58,138 nt of DNA from Gemmatimonadales bacterium (GTDB taxonomy: Bacteria; Gemmatimonadota; Gemmatimonadetes; Gemmatimonadales; GWC2-71-9), in NCBI GenBank assembly GCA_041577295.1, contig JBFGJG010000029.1, forward strand, positions 1 through 58,138. Direction: 5' to 3'. Both the position numbers and the translations under genes were made by a program. Every line of letters starts with the position of its first letter. Position 1 is the stretch's first letter. This document shows positions 9,428 to 18,198 of the stretch, piece after piece. The notes beneath the pieces are model-generated. The model saw only the letters and a list, made by a program, of their open reading frames with translations, did no database searches and was not told the origin of the DNA.

Positions 9428-10920
9428 GAGGATTCGACCGCGTGATTGTGGACGTCCGCAGAAGGTACAAGCGGCGTCCATTGAGGAACCGCTGCCGCGA
9501 GGCCGCGGAGCATACCTCTAAATACCAGAGCGTGCAGGGGGTAGAGGGTATACCAGTAGAGCAAACCCACCAACCCAACCGGATCGAAGATCGCGGTTTG
9601 CCGAATCGTGGTTTCAACCCCTTTGGGCTCGACCTCAAACTGCAGCCACGCGCGTCCTGGCAGCTTCATCTCCGCTTGCAGGCGCAATAAGCGCTCCGGT
9701 TCTACGGCTTCCACCCTCCAGAAGTCCACGGTGTCTCCCTGCACGAGCCGATGGGGGTGGCGCCGTCCGCGCCGGAGACCGGGACCGCCGACGAGCAGGT
9801 CGAGAAACCCTCGCAGCCGCCAAAGCCCATCGCCGTAATACCACCCTACCCGTCCCCCGATGCGCTCAATGGGAACGAAGGCGCGCTCACTCGACCCGAG
9901 CACGGTGACCGTCCGCGAGTCCACGATCCGTCTCCGAAAACGCGCGCCACCCCAGGATCTCGTGTCACCCTGCGATGACAGAGCGTCGGACCATCGTGTC
10001 TCGGCGTACTCTTTGTCTTCGTTTCGTAACGCGCTCGCGATGGCGTCACGTACAGATTGCGGCCTGACCGTGAAGACACGCATCGCGGCGTCATCGGTCA
10101 CCACCGTATCGTTGCGAACGCTGTCGATGAGCGCGCGGCCAACACGCGCATAAACCGGCGTGACCAGACCGAGCCAGAGACTCGACAACCGGGGCGTTAA
10201 CACGGGAACCGGAATCATCAGCCGGCGTAGCCCCCGCTGACGGGCGTACTCCCGCATGAGATCTAGATACGAAACCTTGTCCGGACCGCCGATCTCGAAG
10301 ACGCCCTGAACTCCGGGCGGTACCCGGAGAGCCCCGAGGAGATAGGCGAGGACATCCTCAATTCCAATCGGTTGTGCCAAGCGGTTGACCCACCGTGGCG
10401 TGACCATCGCCGGCAGCTTTTCGACGAGCGCGCGAAGCATCTCGAACGAGAGACTGCCGGAGCCGAGGATGATCGACGCCCGCAGCTCGATGGTCGGAAC
10501 GCCCTTGCTGGCGAGAACGCGTCCCACTTCCTGACGGCTGGCAAGGTGGGGAGAGAGATCGGAACCCTGTCCCAAGCCTCCCAGATAGATGATGCGTTTG
10601 ACACCAGCGGCGTTCGCCGCAAGGGCGAACGCTTCGGCGCCATCGCGATCTCGCTTTTCAAACTCCTTCGACGAGCCCATCGAGTGGATCAGGTAGTACG
10701 CCGTCTCCACATCTTGCATGGCCTCGTGGAGTGTTTCCGGCACACCCACATCTCCAGCCACGACCTCGGTGCCGGCCTTGACGCGCGCTTTCAAGTGCTC
10801 AGGGCGGCGTGCGAGACAGCGGACCTGATACCCTTCGTCCTCCAACACGCGAAGTAGGCGTCCGCCCACGTACCCGGTGGCTCCGGTGAGGAGGATCTTT
10901 CGAGTGGACGCGATCATCAT
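9424..10920 (-). CDS. YbjT-like atypical SDR NAD(P)-binding oxidoreductase with a DUF2867-like C-terminal domain
   Basis: TGATGYVG Rossmann motif, YYLIHSM and IILGSGSLSFEM, then C-terminal GDTVDFWRVE...AEMKLPGRAWL. Starts 4 nt after the CarH-like gene. Confidence 0.85.
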   Translation of the reverse strand: MMIASTRKILLTGATGYVGGRLLRVLEDEGYQVRCLARRPEHLKARVKAGTEVVAGDVGVPETLHEAMQDVETAYYLIHSMGSSKEFEKRDRDGAEAFALAANAAGVKRIIYLGGLGQGSDLSPHLASRQEVGRVLASKGVPTIELRASIILGSGSLSFEMLRALVEKLPAMVTPRWVNRLAQPIGIEDVLAYLLGALRVPPGVQGVFEIGGPDKVSYLDLMREYARQRGLRRLMIPVPVLTPRLSSLWLGLVTPVYARVGRALIDSVRNDTVVTDDAAMRVFTVRPQSVRDAIASALRNEDKEYAETRWSDALSSQGDTRSWGGARFRRRIVDSRTVTVLGSSERAFVPIERIGGRVGWYYGDGLWRLRGFLDLLVGGPGLRRGRRHPHRLVQGDTVDFWRVEAVEPERLLRLQAEMKLPGRAWLQFEVEPKGVETTIRQTAIFDPVGLVGLLYWYTLYPLHALVFRGMLRGLAAAVPQWTPLVPSADVHNHAVESS

Positions 10921-10924
10921 ACGT

Positions 10925-11881
10925 TCAGCGAGCCGCGACCACGCCGGCTAGATCGCGGAGAACCGTCCGAAACTCTACGAGGTCACGGACGCGGTGCACA
11001 TCCGGCCGGTCGATTACGACGCCGAGCCCGCTCGCAGCAGACCCGCCGAGAATCAGGACGACCTCTTCGGGAAGTTGTTGGCGAATCTGGATGGCGTACC
11101 GTCCGGATCGGCCAGCTTCCTCCGGATTGACAAAGCTCAGTCCCACCGCCCGAACTCCGAGCTCACGGGCAGAGCTCACGATGTCTTCCACGGGTAGACT
11201 GGGACCCAGATAGATGACGTCCCACCCCTCGGTCACGGCTGCGGAGGCGGCTAACATGGCGCCGATCTCGTGTTGCTCACCGGCCGGCGTGCCGAACATT
11301 ATGCGCGGCGCATCCTCGGATGCATCGACCGAGTCCGTCATCCACGTTAGCACCTTGCGGAGCACCTCCGTCGCGAGGTGCTCATGCCGGGGTTGGATAA
11401 CCCCCTCCTCCCAAGCATCACCAATTCGTTGCAGCAGCGGCGCAAACAGACGCTCGGCGACGTTGAATGCGCCGGCGCCAACGGCAGCCCGCCGCAGCAA
11501 GGCCTCGAGACGCGGCCCGTCCAAGTCCTTGACAGCCGCCATTCCCTCCTCGACGAGCTCGTGATCGACGATCAACGCCATTCGTGAGACACCGTTCCGA
11601 GAGCCTGTGCTGTCCCGCTCCGCCTGAGCCGCTGCCACATCCTCAGCCACGACCCGCTCAAGTTCCTCCTTTGACAGTTGGGCCGCCTGGCTGATCGAGC
11701 GTCCCGCCTGGGTCGCGCGATTCAACAAGGCGAGTCGCTCGATGTCGGCATCCGAATACAGCCGTTGCCCACCGTCACTGCGCTCGGGCGACACGACGTT
11801 GTAGCGCCGCTCCCAGGCCCGTAGGACCGAGGTCGACAGCCCGGTGCGAAGCGCGACCACTCTAATTGGATGTCGTCCCAT
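10925..11881 (-). CDS. MerR-family cobalamin-binding transcriptional regulator (CarH/LitR-type photoreceptor)
   Basis: MerR HTH (LRAWERRY...GGQRLYS), a W-x9-EH motif (WEEGVIQPRHEH), E-x-H-x-x-G (EQHEIG), and Rossmann motifs YLG, LS and GG. Confidence 0.9.
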   Translation of the reverse strand: MGRHPIRVVALRTGLSTSVLRAWERRYNVVSPERSDGGQRLYSDADIERLALLNRATQAGRSISQAAQLSKEELERVVAEDVAAAQAERDSTGSRNGVSRMALIVDHELVEEGMAAVKDLDGPRLEALLRRAAVGAGAFNVAERLFAPLLQRIGDAWEEGVIQPRHEHLATEVLRKVLTWMTDSVDASEDAPRIMFGTPAGEQHEIGAMLAASAAVTEGWDVIYLGPSLPVEDIVSSARELGVRAVGLSFVNPEEAGRSGRYAIQIRQQLPEEVVLILGGSAASGLGVVIDRPDVHRVRDLVEFRTVLRDLAGVVAAR

Positions 11882-11910
11882 ATGAACACCTTCCTTCTAA
11901 TGCCCGCAGT

Positions 11911-11939
11911 ATTATAAACAACTGTATAGGTACTGTCAA
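11911..11939 (-). promoter_or_regulatory. sigma70 promoter of the carH-like operon
   Basis: Perfect consensus on the minus strand: TTGACA (11939-11934), 17 bp, TATAAT (11916-11911). Confidence 0.85.
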
Positions 11940-12008
11940 TCTTCTTAGTTCTACAGCTACTTGACAGACAGACTCTGGTACCTTACTTTGTTGCACACGA
12001 GTTAGACA
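11923..12008. promoter_or_regulatory. CarH-type operator: TnnACA repeats at 11-bp spacing
   Basis: Minus strand: TTGACA (11934-39) and TATACA (11923-28). Plus strand: TCTACA (11950) with TTGACA (11961), and TGCACA (11992) with TAGACA (12003). Each pair is exactly 11 bp apart. Confidence 0.7.
11961..11989 (+). promoter_or_regulatory. sigma70 promoter of the DUF378-fasciclin operon
   Basis: TTGACA (11961-66), 17 bp, TACTTT (11984-89). Confidence 0.7.
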
Positions 12009-12034
12009 GGCTTACTTGATCATTGGGAGGACGA

Positions 12035-12259
12035 ATGAAGACGCTCGATGTGCTCGCCGCGGTACTTCTCGTCATCGGCGGGCTAAACTGGGGCCTTGTC
12101 GGCCTCTTCGAAGTCGATCTGGTCGCCGGAATGTTCGGCGAAATGAGCGCGCTCAGCCGCGCAATTTACGGCACGGTGGGGCTCGCCGCGGTTTACCAAG
12201 GGTTGGCTTGGCGTGCGATTCAGCGGCGCTGGTTGGTACCGGCCATGGCGACCCGATAA
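12035..12259 (+). CDS. DUF378-family small membrane protein
   Basis: GGAGG RBS; LLVIGGLNWGLVGLFEVDLVA...IYGTVGLAA. Confidence 0.85.
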   Translation: MKTLDVLAAVLLVIGGLNWGLVGLFEVDLVAGMFGEMSALSRAIYGTVGLAAVYQGLAWRAIQRRWLVPAMATR

Positions 12260-12295
12260 CGAAACCCTCTTCAAACGCGCACAGGAGATTAAACA

Positions 12296-12790
12296 ATGAA
12301 AATCGTAAAGCTGGCAGCTATCGCCACCGCCTTTGCCGTGGGCGCAGTTGGCACCGCGCAGGCGCAGTACGGTGACAAGCACTCGAAAGACATCGTGGAC
12401 ATCGCGGTGGAAGCCGGATCGTTTAATACGCTGGTGACCGCGGTCAAGGCAGCTGGTCTCGTGGAGACGCTCAAGGGTGATGGTCCTTTCACGGTGTTCG
12501 CTCCTACTGACGAGGCGTTCGCCAAACTTCCAAAGGGCACCCTCGAGGCGTTGCTAGCGGACAAGGAGAAGCTTACGGCGGTCCTGACCTACCACGTCGT
12601 CGCGGGCAACGTCACCTCGGACCAGGTCATCAAGCTCAATGAGGCAAAGACCGTGAACGGTGACAAGGTTCGGATCAAAGTGAAGAGTGGGACCGTCATG
12701 ATCGACGACGCCAAGGTTCTGAAAGCCGACATCAAGGCATCCAACGGCGTGATTCACGTCATTGATACCGTGATCTTGCCTGGTTCCTAA
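12296..12790 (+). CDS. Secreted fasciclin (FAS1) domain protein
   Basis: AGGAG RBS, signal peptide ending AQA, H1 motif [19 protein letters not shown], and H2 motif [11 protein letters not shown]. Confidence 0.93.
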   Translation: MKIVKLAAIATAFAVGAVGTAQAQYGDKHSKDIVDIAVEAGSFNTLVTAVKAAGLVETLKGDGPFTVFAPTDEAFAKLPKGTLEALLADKEKLTAVLTYHVVAGNVTSDQVIKLNEAKTVNGDKVRIKVKSGTVMIDDAKVLKADIKASNGVIHVIDTVILPGS

Positions 12791-12809
12791 CCACGATCAT
12801 TCCTCAGTC

Positions 12810-12845
12810 AACCGGCGACCGGCCTTACCGGTCGCCGGTTTTTTT
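12810..12845 (+). terminator. Intrinsic terminator after the fasciclin gene
   Basis: AACCGGCGACCGG-CCTTA-CCGGTCGCCGGTT followed by a T run. It overlaps the last codons of the convergent exosortase gene. Confidence 0.85.
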
Positions 12846-13325
12846 ATCCACCCACCATTTCCACAGCAACCACCCACTCACGCCCGCAACCAACATCCCC
12901 AGCTGCCAGAACACCGTGTGCGCAGCGTGAAAGAGTGGTTGCTCGTGCACCCCTAGGTAATACAGATGCGCGAGTCGAGCGAAGTTGATCGACACAAATG
13001 CGAGTGGACAAAGCACCAGGCCGGTGAGGCGCATGGCGCGCTCGGCGGGATATGCGGCAACAGCTGACGCGAGCAAGGCTGCACCAACGAACCCGGTGCA
13101 CCCACGCGTGATCTCGATGCCGAAGCCCGTAGGGTGAAAAACGGCCGTGGCCTGACGCATGGCATCCATTCCGACAGATCGAAGGAGGTGTGTGGTCACC
13201 TCAGCCGTTGCCGTTCGCAATGTGACGAACAGTACGTCCAAGACTCCGTCTCGAGAGCCCAGCCATAACAAGACCCCCGTGAGACCAATGGCCCCGACGA
13301 AGCGTACCCGAGCCTGCCAGCTCAC
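12825..13325 (-). CDS. Exosortase/archaeosortase-family transpeptidase (XrtH-like)
   Basis: A 166-aa membrane protein with the Cys/Arg/His triad in typical contexts: IEITRGCTG, INFARL and AAHTVFWQ. Its GTG start overlaps the protease stop (GTGA). Confidence 0.85.
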   Translation of the reverse strand: MSWQARVRFVGAIGLTGVLLWLGSRDGVLDVLFVTLRTATAEVTTHLLRSVGMDAMRQATAVFHPTGFGIEITRGCTGFVGAALLASAVAAYPAERAMRLTGLVLCPLAFVSINFARLAHLYYLGVHEQPLFHAAHTVFWQLGMLVAGVSGWLLWKWWVDKKTGDR

Positions 13326-15154
13326 GTCCGCGCTCTGCGTGGGCGGTTGCGGACCACGCTCACGATGATCGCCAGTGCCAGCACGACGACGCCGATGGTC
13401 GAGAGGCTGGGGACTCGAACGGGAGTTATGGCCGTCACGCCGTCGACCGAGGCAAAGACCGTCGTCTCGCCCCGGGCCACTGCGGTCACGGTCGTGGTTG
13501 CCACGCCAGAGGGATCCGTCACGGCCGAGGACGGAGCAACCGTTGCGAGTTGAGAATCCCCGGTCGAGAAGTTGACGGTGGCGCCTTCTACCGGTGAGCC
13601 GCCGCGGTTCACCGTGGCCCTGGCTGTGGTGGTTTCGCCCGGACTGAGCGTCCGGTTGGGATCGAGCATCACCGTGAGCCGGAGCGGCGGCTCCGCCGAT
13701 CGTACGGCATTCAGCAAGCCGGCTCCGCAGAGTTCTGGACACTGGGCAGCCGTTCGCGGCAGTGCGTTGGCCTGCAACTCGGCAAGAAGTTGTGCGGGGG
13801 TGAGGGTCGGAGTGTTCGCGAGCCATAGGGCGAGGACACCGGCCACGTGCGGCGCCGCCATGGAGGTACCGTTGAAGAACGCGTATCCCCCTTGCACCAT
13901 GCTCAGCACACCGTCGGGCTCACCGTCATTGTTGTCATCGCGCGCGACGTCGCCCCCCGGTGCGAGAATCTCGATGGTCGTGCCGAAGTTCGAGTAGCGC
14001 GAGACCAGATGTCCGCGTGCGTCGCTCGCGGCCACGGTAATCACGTTGTCGCAGCTCGCCGGCAACACCTGAGACGCATCGACCGCGTCGTTACCCGCAG
14101 CGACCACCACGGCGGCGCCCGCTGCGACGGCGTCGTTGATGGCGGCCTGCGTGGATGGAGCGGCCGAACACGGAACGCCGGGTGGTGTGCCGAGGCTCAT
14201 GTTGATGACTCGTGCTGGCGTGGGGTTCGTCGGTACGCCGGGGACAGGCAGTCCAGCCGCCCAACGAATGGCGTCGTTGATATCGGTCGTGCTCGCGCCG
14301 CACTTCCCAAGCACCCGCACGGGCAAGACGCCGACTTGCCAATTGATGCCCGCAACACCCACCGCGTTGTTGGTTATTCCCACGCCCACCGTGCCGGCAA
14401 CATGGGTCCCGTGCCAGCTGTTCGGCAGGGCGGGGCTTCCCGGGAAACACTCGTTCGGCCCCGAGGCATCGCCGGGATCCGTCGCGTCGCTGTCGCGCCC
14501 GTCCCCGTCGTTCGCGGTGCTGGGGTCGGTGATCATGTCGAACCCGGCGAGCAAGTTGGGTGAACCCGTGATGTCCGGGTGTCCTGGGAGGATGCCGGTG
14601 TCGAGGATCGCCGTTACCACGTTGGGATCACCCGTCGTGACGTCCCAGGCGACCGGGAGACCGACGCCACCGGGGGATTCACCCGGAGCGGTGCCATTGG
14701 TCAGGTAATGCCATTGCAGGGGAAATCGAGGGTCGTTTGGTGAGACGTTTTGGGTTGCATACGGAAGGGGACGGTCCACCAGATAGAGGATGAAGTTGGG
14801 GTGTGCGTACTCCACGTCCGGTCTGGCGGCGAGCCGTCGCGCAACGGTCCACGTGCTGTCGCGCCCGGCCTGCGCGTCGTATTGTGCGACGATGGTTGGC
14901 GGGATGCGATAGATGTACTCTCCACCACCCATCCTGCCCGTTGCCGCCTCGAGACCATAGCTGGCAAGTGTGGCTGCGGGCATGGTGGCGTCCCCCACCA
15001 TTTTGACTATGATCTGTCCGGGAACGAAGACAGGACGGTTGGGTACGTTCTGCTCCAGCAACGTCCGCACTTGCTGCGGAGTGATATCCTGTCCGGTGAG
15101 CTTCGCAGGAAGTGCAAACACGAGGCACAGGGCAGCGGCCACGGCCGTTTTCAT
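13322..15154 (-). CDS. Secreted S8 (subtilisin-like) serine protease with an Ig-like (Big_1) domain and a C-terminal sorting signal
   Basis: AAGGAG RBS and signal peptide. Catalytic triad in AILDTG, HGTHVAG and GTSMAAP. Ig-like PVEGATVNF...VTDPSGVA. Tail VPSLSTIG, then a TM helix, then RNRPRRART. Confidence 0.92.
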   Translation of the reverse strand: MKTAVAAALCLVFALPAKLTGQDITPQQVRTLLEQNVPNRPVFVPGQIIVKMVGDATMPAATLASYGLEAATGRMGGGEYIYRIPPTIVAQYDAQAGRDSTWTVARRLAARPDVEYAHPNFILYLVDRPLPYATQNVSPNDPRFPLQWHYLTNGTAPGESPGGVGLPVAWDVTTGDPNVVTAILDTGILPGHPDITGSPNLLAGFDMITDPSTANDGDGRDSDATDPGDASGPNECFPGSPALPNSWHGTHVAGTVGVGITNNAVGVAGINWQVGVLPVRVLGKCGASTTDINDAIRWAAGLPVPGVPTNPTPARVINMSLGTPPGVPCSAAPSTQAAINDAVAAGAAVVVAAGNDAVDASQVLPASCDNVITVAASDARGHLVSRYSNFGTTIEILAPGGDVARDDNNDGEPDGVLSMVQGGYAFFNGTSMAAPHVAGVLALWLANTPTLTPAQLLAELQANALPRTAAQCPELCGAGLLNAVRSAEPPLRLTVMLDPNRTLSPGETTTARATVNRGGSPVEGATVNFSTGDSQLATVAPSSAVTDPSGVATTTVTAVARGETTVFASVDGVTAITPVRVPSLSTIGVVVLALAIIVSVVRNRPRRART

Positions 15155-15294
15155 CGACCGCTCCTTTCGGTAGAAGAACGGTTGCGAGCGCGATGTCGTG
15201 ACAAGATGTTTCGGAAGACGGTTGGACGGTACCGCTTTGGAACGAGGAACCACGTGACGTGGATCACGCCAACGGGAGACTGCTGCAGCGTTGT

Positions 15295-15735
15295 ATGATC
15301 GGATGGCTCCGAATTGCTGGCGCCGCGCTTTTCCTGACAGGTGCGACGTGCTCCGGCATGTCGTCGGGTAACGCCTTGCCCCAACAACCCGAGCTCGAGC
15401 TCGAGGTGCTTGGCACGGTTCAAGGTGGAGCTGTGGACAGCACCGAGGTCGTGGAATCCGGAGATAATGAGGCAGTGCTCGCCGGTGTCATCTCGACGCC
15501 CACGCCGTGCTATGAGATCAGCGGTACGATGACGTCCGAAGGACGTAAACTCGTGGTGACGCTCGAGGCGAGGGCGCTCCCGCGGATCTGCGCGCAGGTG
15601 CTGGCCGCGTTTCAGTATCGGGCGCGGATCGCTCCGCTCGGAAGCGGTGAATATCGGGTAGAGGTTGTCCACGCCTACCCCGGGACGGGATGGGAAGGCA
15701 AACGCTACGAGCTGGTGGTGACGGTACCGGATTGA
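15295..15735 (+). CDS. Putative lipoprotein
   Basis: GGAG RBS and a hydrophobic leader ending GATC. Small beta-rich domain with TPTPCYE and ICAQV. Confidence 0.65.
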   Translation: MIGWLRIAGAALFLTGATCSGMSSGNALPQQPELELEVLGTVQGGAVDSTEVVESGDNEAVLAGVISTPTPCYEISGTMTSEGRKLVVTLEARALPRICAQVLAAFQYRARIAPLGSGEYRVEVVHAYPGTGWEGKRYELVVTVPD

Positions 15736-15844
15736 CGGTCCTCCCTTCCATCCACCCGCATCGACACCGAACTCAGAGAACTACACCCTCGCCGTTCTCA
15801 CCCGTTTGCTCTGTGGCATCCTGAGTGAGAAATCTGAACGTGTG

Positions 15845-16900
15845 CTAGCGCTCGACGACCATTGGGTTGACTGGAGCGCCTTCTTGTAGCCGCTCGACCC
15901 CACCCACGACAACCTGCTCGCCCGCCGACACGCCGCTCTTGATCTCGACAAACCCCGGAGTCCGCACACCGATCTCGACCTCGCGGCGCGTTGCCTTGCC
16001 ATCCTGGACCACCCAGACAAAGTCCGCGCCTTGCAGTGGCAAGATGGCGTCTTCGGGCACGACCACGGCATCGATACGCACGTCGGTAGCCAATCGAGCT
16101 TCGATGAACATGCCCGGCTTGAGCTCGCGTCGGGGGTTGCGGACCCTGGCTTTGACCGTGATGGTACGGGCGGGCAGCCGTACGACGGGATCCACGAAGT
16201 CAACGGTCCCCACAAACTCACGATCCACCGCAGCCGCCACACGGAATCTCACCTGCTGACCGCGGCGCAACCGATCGGCATAGCGCTCGGGAACCTGGAA
16301 CGCGGCGCGCTGGGGGTCGACCGTTTGGAGCGTAGTGAGACGCGTCGCCGTGGTCACGTAGTCGCCCAAGCTCACAAAGCGCTGACCCACCAGACCAGTG
16401 AACGGCGCGCGCACGACGGTGCGTTCCAGCCGTACCTGTTGCAGCTCGAGCTGGGCGCGCGCGCTGCGCGCGTTGGCCTCGGCCTGCTCGAGATCCGCGG
16501 TGGATGAGGCGTTTCGCTCCAGCAACTCGCGCGTGCGTCGGAGTGCCTGCTCGGCCAAATCACGCTCTGCCTCGAGCCGGGCCACCTGGGCCTTCAACTC
16601 GGCATCGTCCACTTTAAACAGCGCCGTACCGCTTGCCACCTCCGTACCTTCCCGCACGACGATTTCCACCAAACGTCCCTCGATTTCGGGACGTAACTCG
16701 ATGTACTGGACGGCCTCGATCTCACCGGTGGCGTTGATCCCATCCACGACCGTATCCACCCTGGCAACAGCCACCTCCACCGGCATGGGGGGAAACGCGT
16801 TGCCACCATCCCCACCACCGTTGGCGTTGGCTGATTCTGCGGACTGGCACCCCAGAAGCGCGACCAGCGCCGCTACGTATATAGTCACCTGATACTTCAC
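15845..16900 (-). CDS. RND efflux periplasmic adaptor (MFP) subunit
   Basis: Lipobox LLGC, lipoyl-like halves (RPEIEGRL; VRAPFTG), an alpha-helical hairpin and LKPGMF. Confidence 0.92.
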   Translation of the reverse strand: MKYQVTIYVAALVALLGCQSAESANANGGGDGGNAFPPMPVEVAVARVDTVVDGINATGEIEAVQYIELRPEIEGRLVEIVVREGTEVASGTALFKVDDAELKAQVARLEAERDLAEQALRRTRELLERNASSTADLEQAEANARSARAQLELQQVRLERTVVRAPFTGLVGQRFVSLGDYVTTATRLTTLQTVDPQRAAFQVPERYADRLRRGQQVRFRVAAAVDREFVGTVDFVDPVVRLPARTITVKARVRNPRRELKPGMFIEARLATDVRIDAVVVPEDAILPLQGADFVWVVQDGKATRREVEIGVRTPGFVEIKSGVSAGEQVVVGGVERLQEGAPVNPMVVER

Positions 16901-18198
16901 GGATTCCTCTCAGAGAAGAGTCTGCGGCCGATGATCGCCTCGAGACCGGCAAGGGCCAACAGGGCTCCGTACCGCGCTTGCGCGAGCTCGGCCTCGGCCT
17001 CGGCGAGGCTCACTTGCGCTATGATCAGATCGATAATCGTCGTGGCCCCCGCCCGATAGCGTTCCGATTGCACCCGGAGATTCTCTTGTGCGACGAGCAC
17101 CGAGCGGGCGGCGAGCTCCGTACTGGCCCGGGCCGTGTTGTAGTTCTCGTACGCCTCGATCACATCCCGCCGGATTCCTCGCTCGGTATCGTCGCGGGTG
17201 GCTTGGGCCACCTCCCGATTGGTGAGCGCGCGCGACAACGCTACCTCGCGTTGTGCGTTGTTCCAGATCGGGATCGTGACGCGAAACCCCGCCGCCGAGC
17301 GCGTCGTAGCATCCGGGAAAAACTGGTCGTCGAAGGTCGTGAGCTGACCAAAGAGATCGACCTGTGGCCAGTAGGTTCCGCGTGCTGCGGCCACCGCCGC
17401 GCCCGCCGCTCGCTCATCCGCACGCGCCCCAACCACTCGCGGGCTGCGGGCCGTGGCCTCAGTCACTGCGTCTTGTTCGGTAAGGGGAAGCGGTGACGTC
17501 GCCAAACTGTCCAACGGCGCAGCGTCGACCGGGCCATCGGCGCCAACTCGGCGCCCGAGCTGCAGCCGCGCCACCTTAAGCGCCGCCGTCTGTCGCAACA
17601 GATCGACTTGAGCACGATTCAACTCGAGCAACAGTTGCAACGAGTCTGTCTGCACCGCCGCTCCTGACAACACGCGCGCGCGGGCCACGCCTAACTGCTC
17701 ATCGGCCCGACGCACACGCTCCTGCGCGACACCTGAAAGATCGCGCTGGAGAAGGACGTCGTAGAAGTCCGATTCCGTGGCAAACGCAGTTTCAAACTGC
17801 GTCTCGACGAGGTCGGCTTCCGCACGATTCAACTCGGCACTCGCTTCTCGCAATTGGGCGATCTTGGACCCGCCTCCGAACACGCGATACGAACCCTCCA
17901 ACCGGAAATCCACGATCTGACTCGCCAGCTGGCCGGTCCCGATGTTGAAGAACTCGGTCGAGAACCGCGTGGCGGACGATTGCACCTGAACTGACGGGAG
18001 AACGAACGCGAGACGCGCCGCGCGACGACCCCAGGCCGCATCGCCAACGTTTCCGAGCGACGCGACGTAATTGGGATCGAGCCGGCTGGCCCGGCGCAAC
18101 GCCTCGGTCAGGGTGATCACCGGCACGGTGTCCACCTGCGCTTCGGAAACTGGCGAGGGCAAGGTCCCCACCTGAAGTGCCAGCAGGAGCGCGATCAT
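16897..18198 (-). CDS. TolC-family outer membrane channel
   Basis: Signal peptide and two OEP repeats (YWPQVDL; RYRAGATTIIDL), lying between the RND genes with 4-bp overlaps. Confidence 0.9.
   Translation of the reverse strand: MIALLLALQVGTLPSPVSEAQVDTVPVITLTEALRRASRLDPNYVASLGNVGDAAWGRRAARLAFVLPSVQVQSSATRFSTEFFNIGTGQLASQIVDFRLEGSYRVFGGGSKIAQLREASAELNRAEADLVETQFETAFATESDFYDVLLQRDLSGVAQERVRRADEQLGVARARVLSGAAVQTDSLQLLLELNRAQVDLLRQTAALKVARLQLGRRVGADGPVDAAPLDSLATSPLPLTEQDAVTEATARSPRVVGARADERAAGAAVAAARGTYWPQVDLFGQLTTFDDQFFPDATTRSAAGFRVTIPIWNNAQREVALSRALTNREVAQATRDDTERGIRRDVIEAYENYNTARASTELAARSVLVAQENLRVQSERYRAGATTIIDLIIAQVSLAEAEAELAQARYGALLALAGLEAIIGRRLFSERNP

Noticed and set aside
13326..13826. 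First half of the 333-aa ORF 12825..13826
   Set aside because: It is an alternative frame inside the protease gene. Only the part from GTG 13325 looks like an exosortase.
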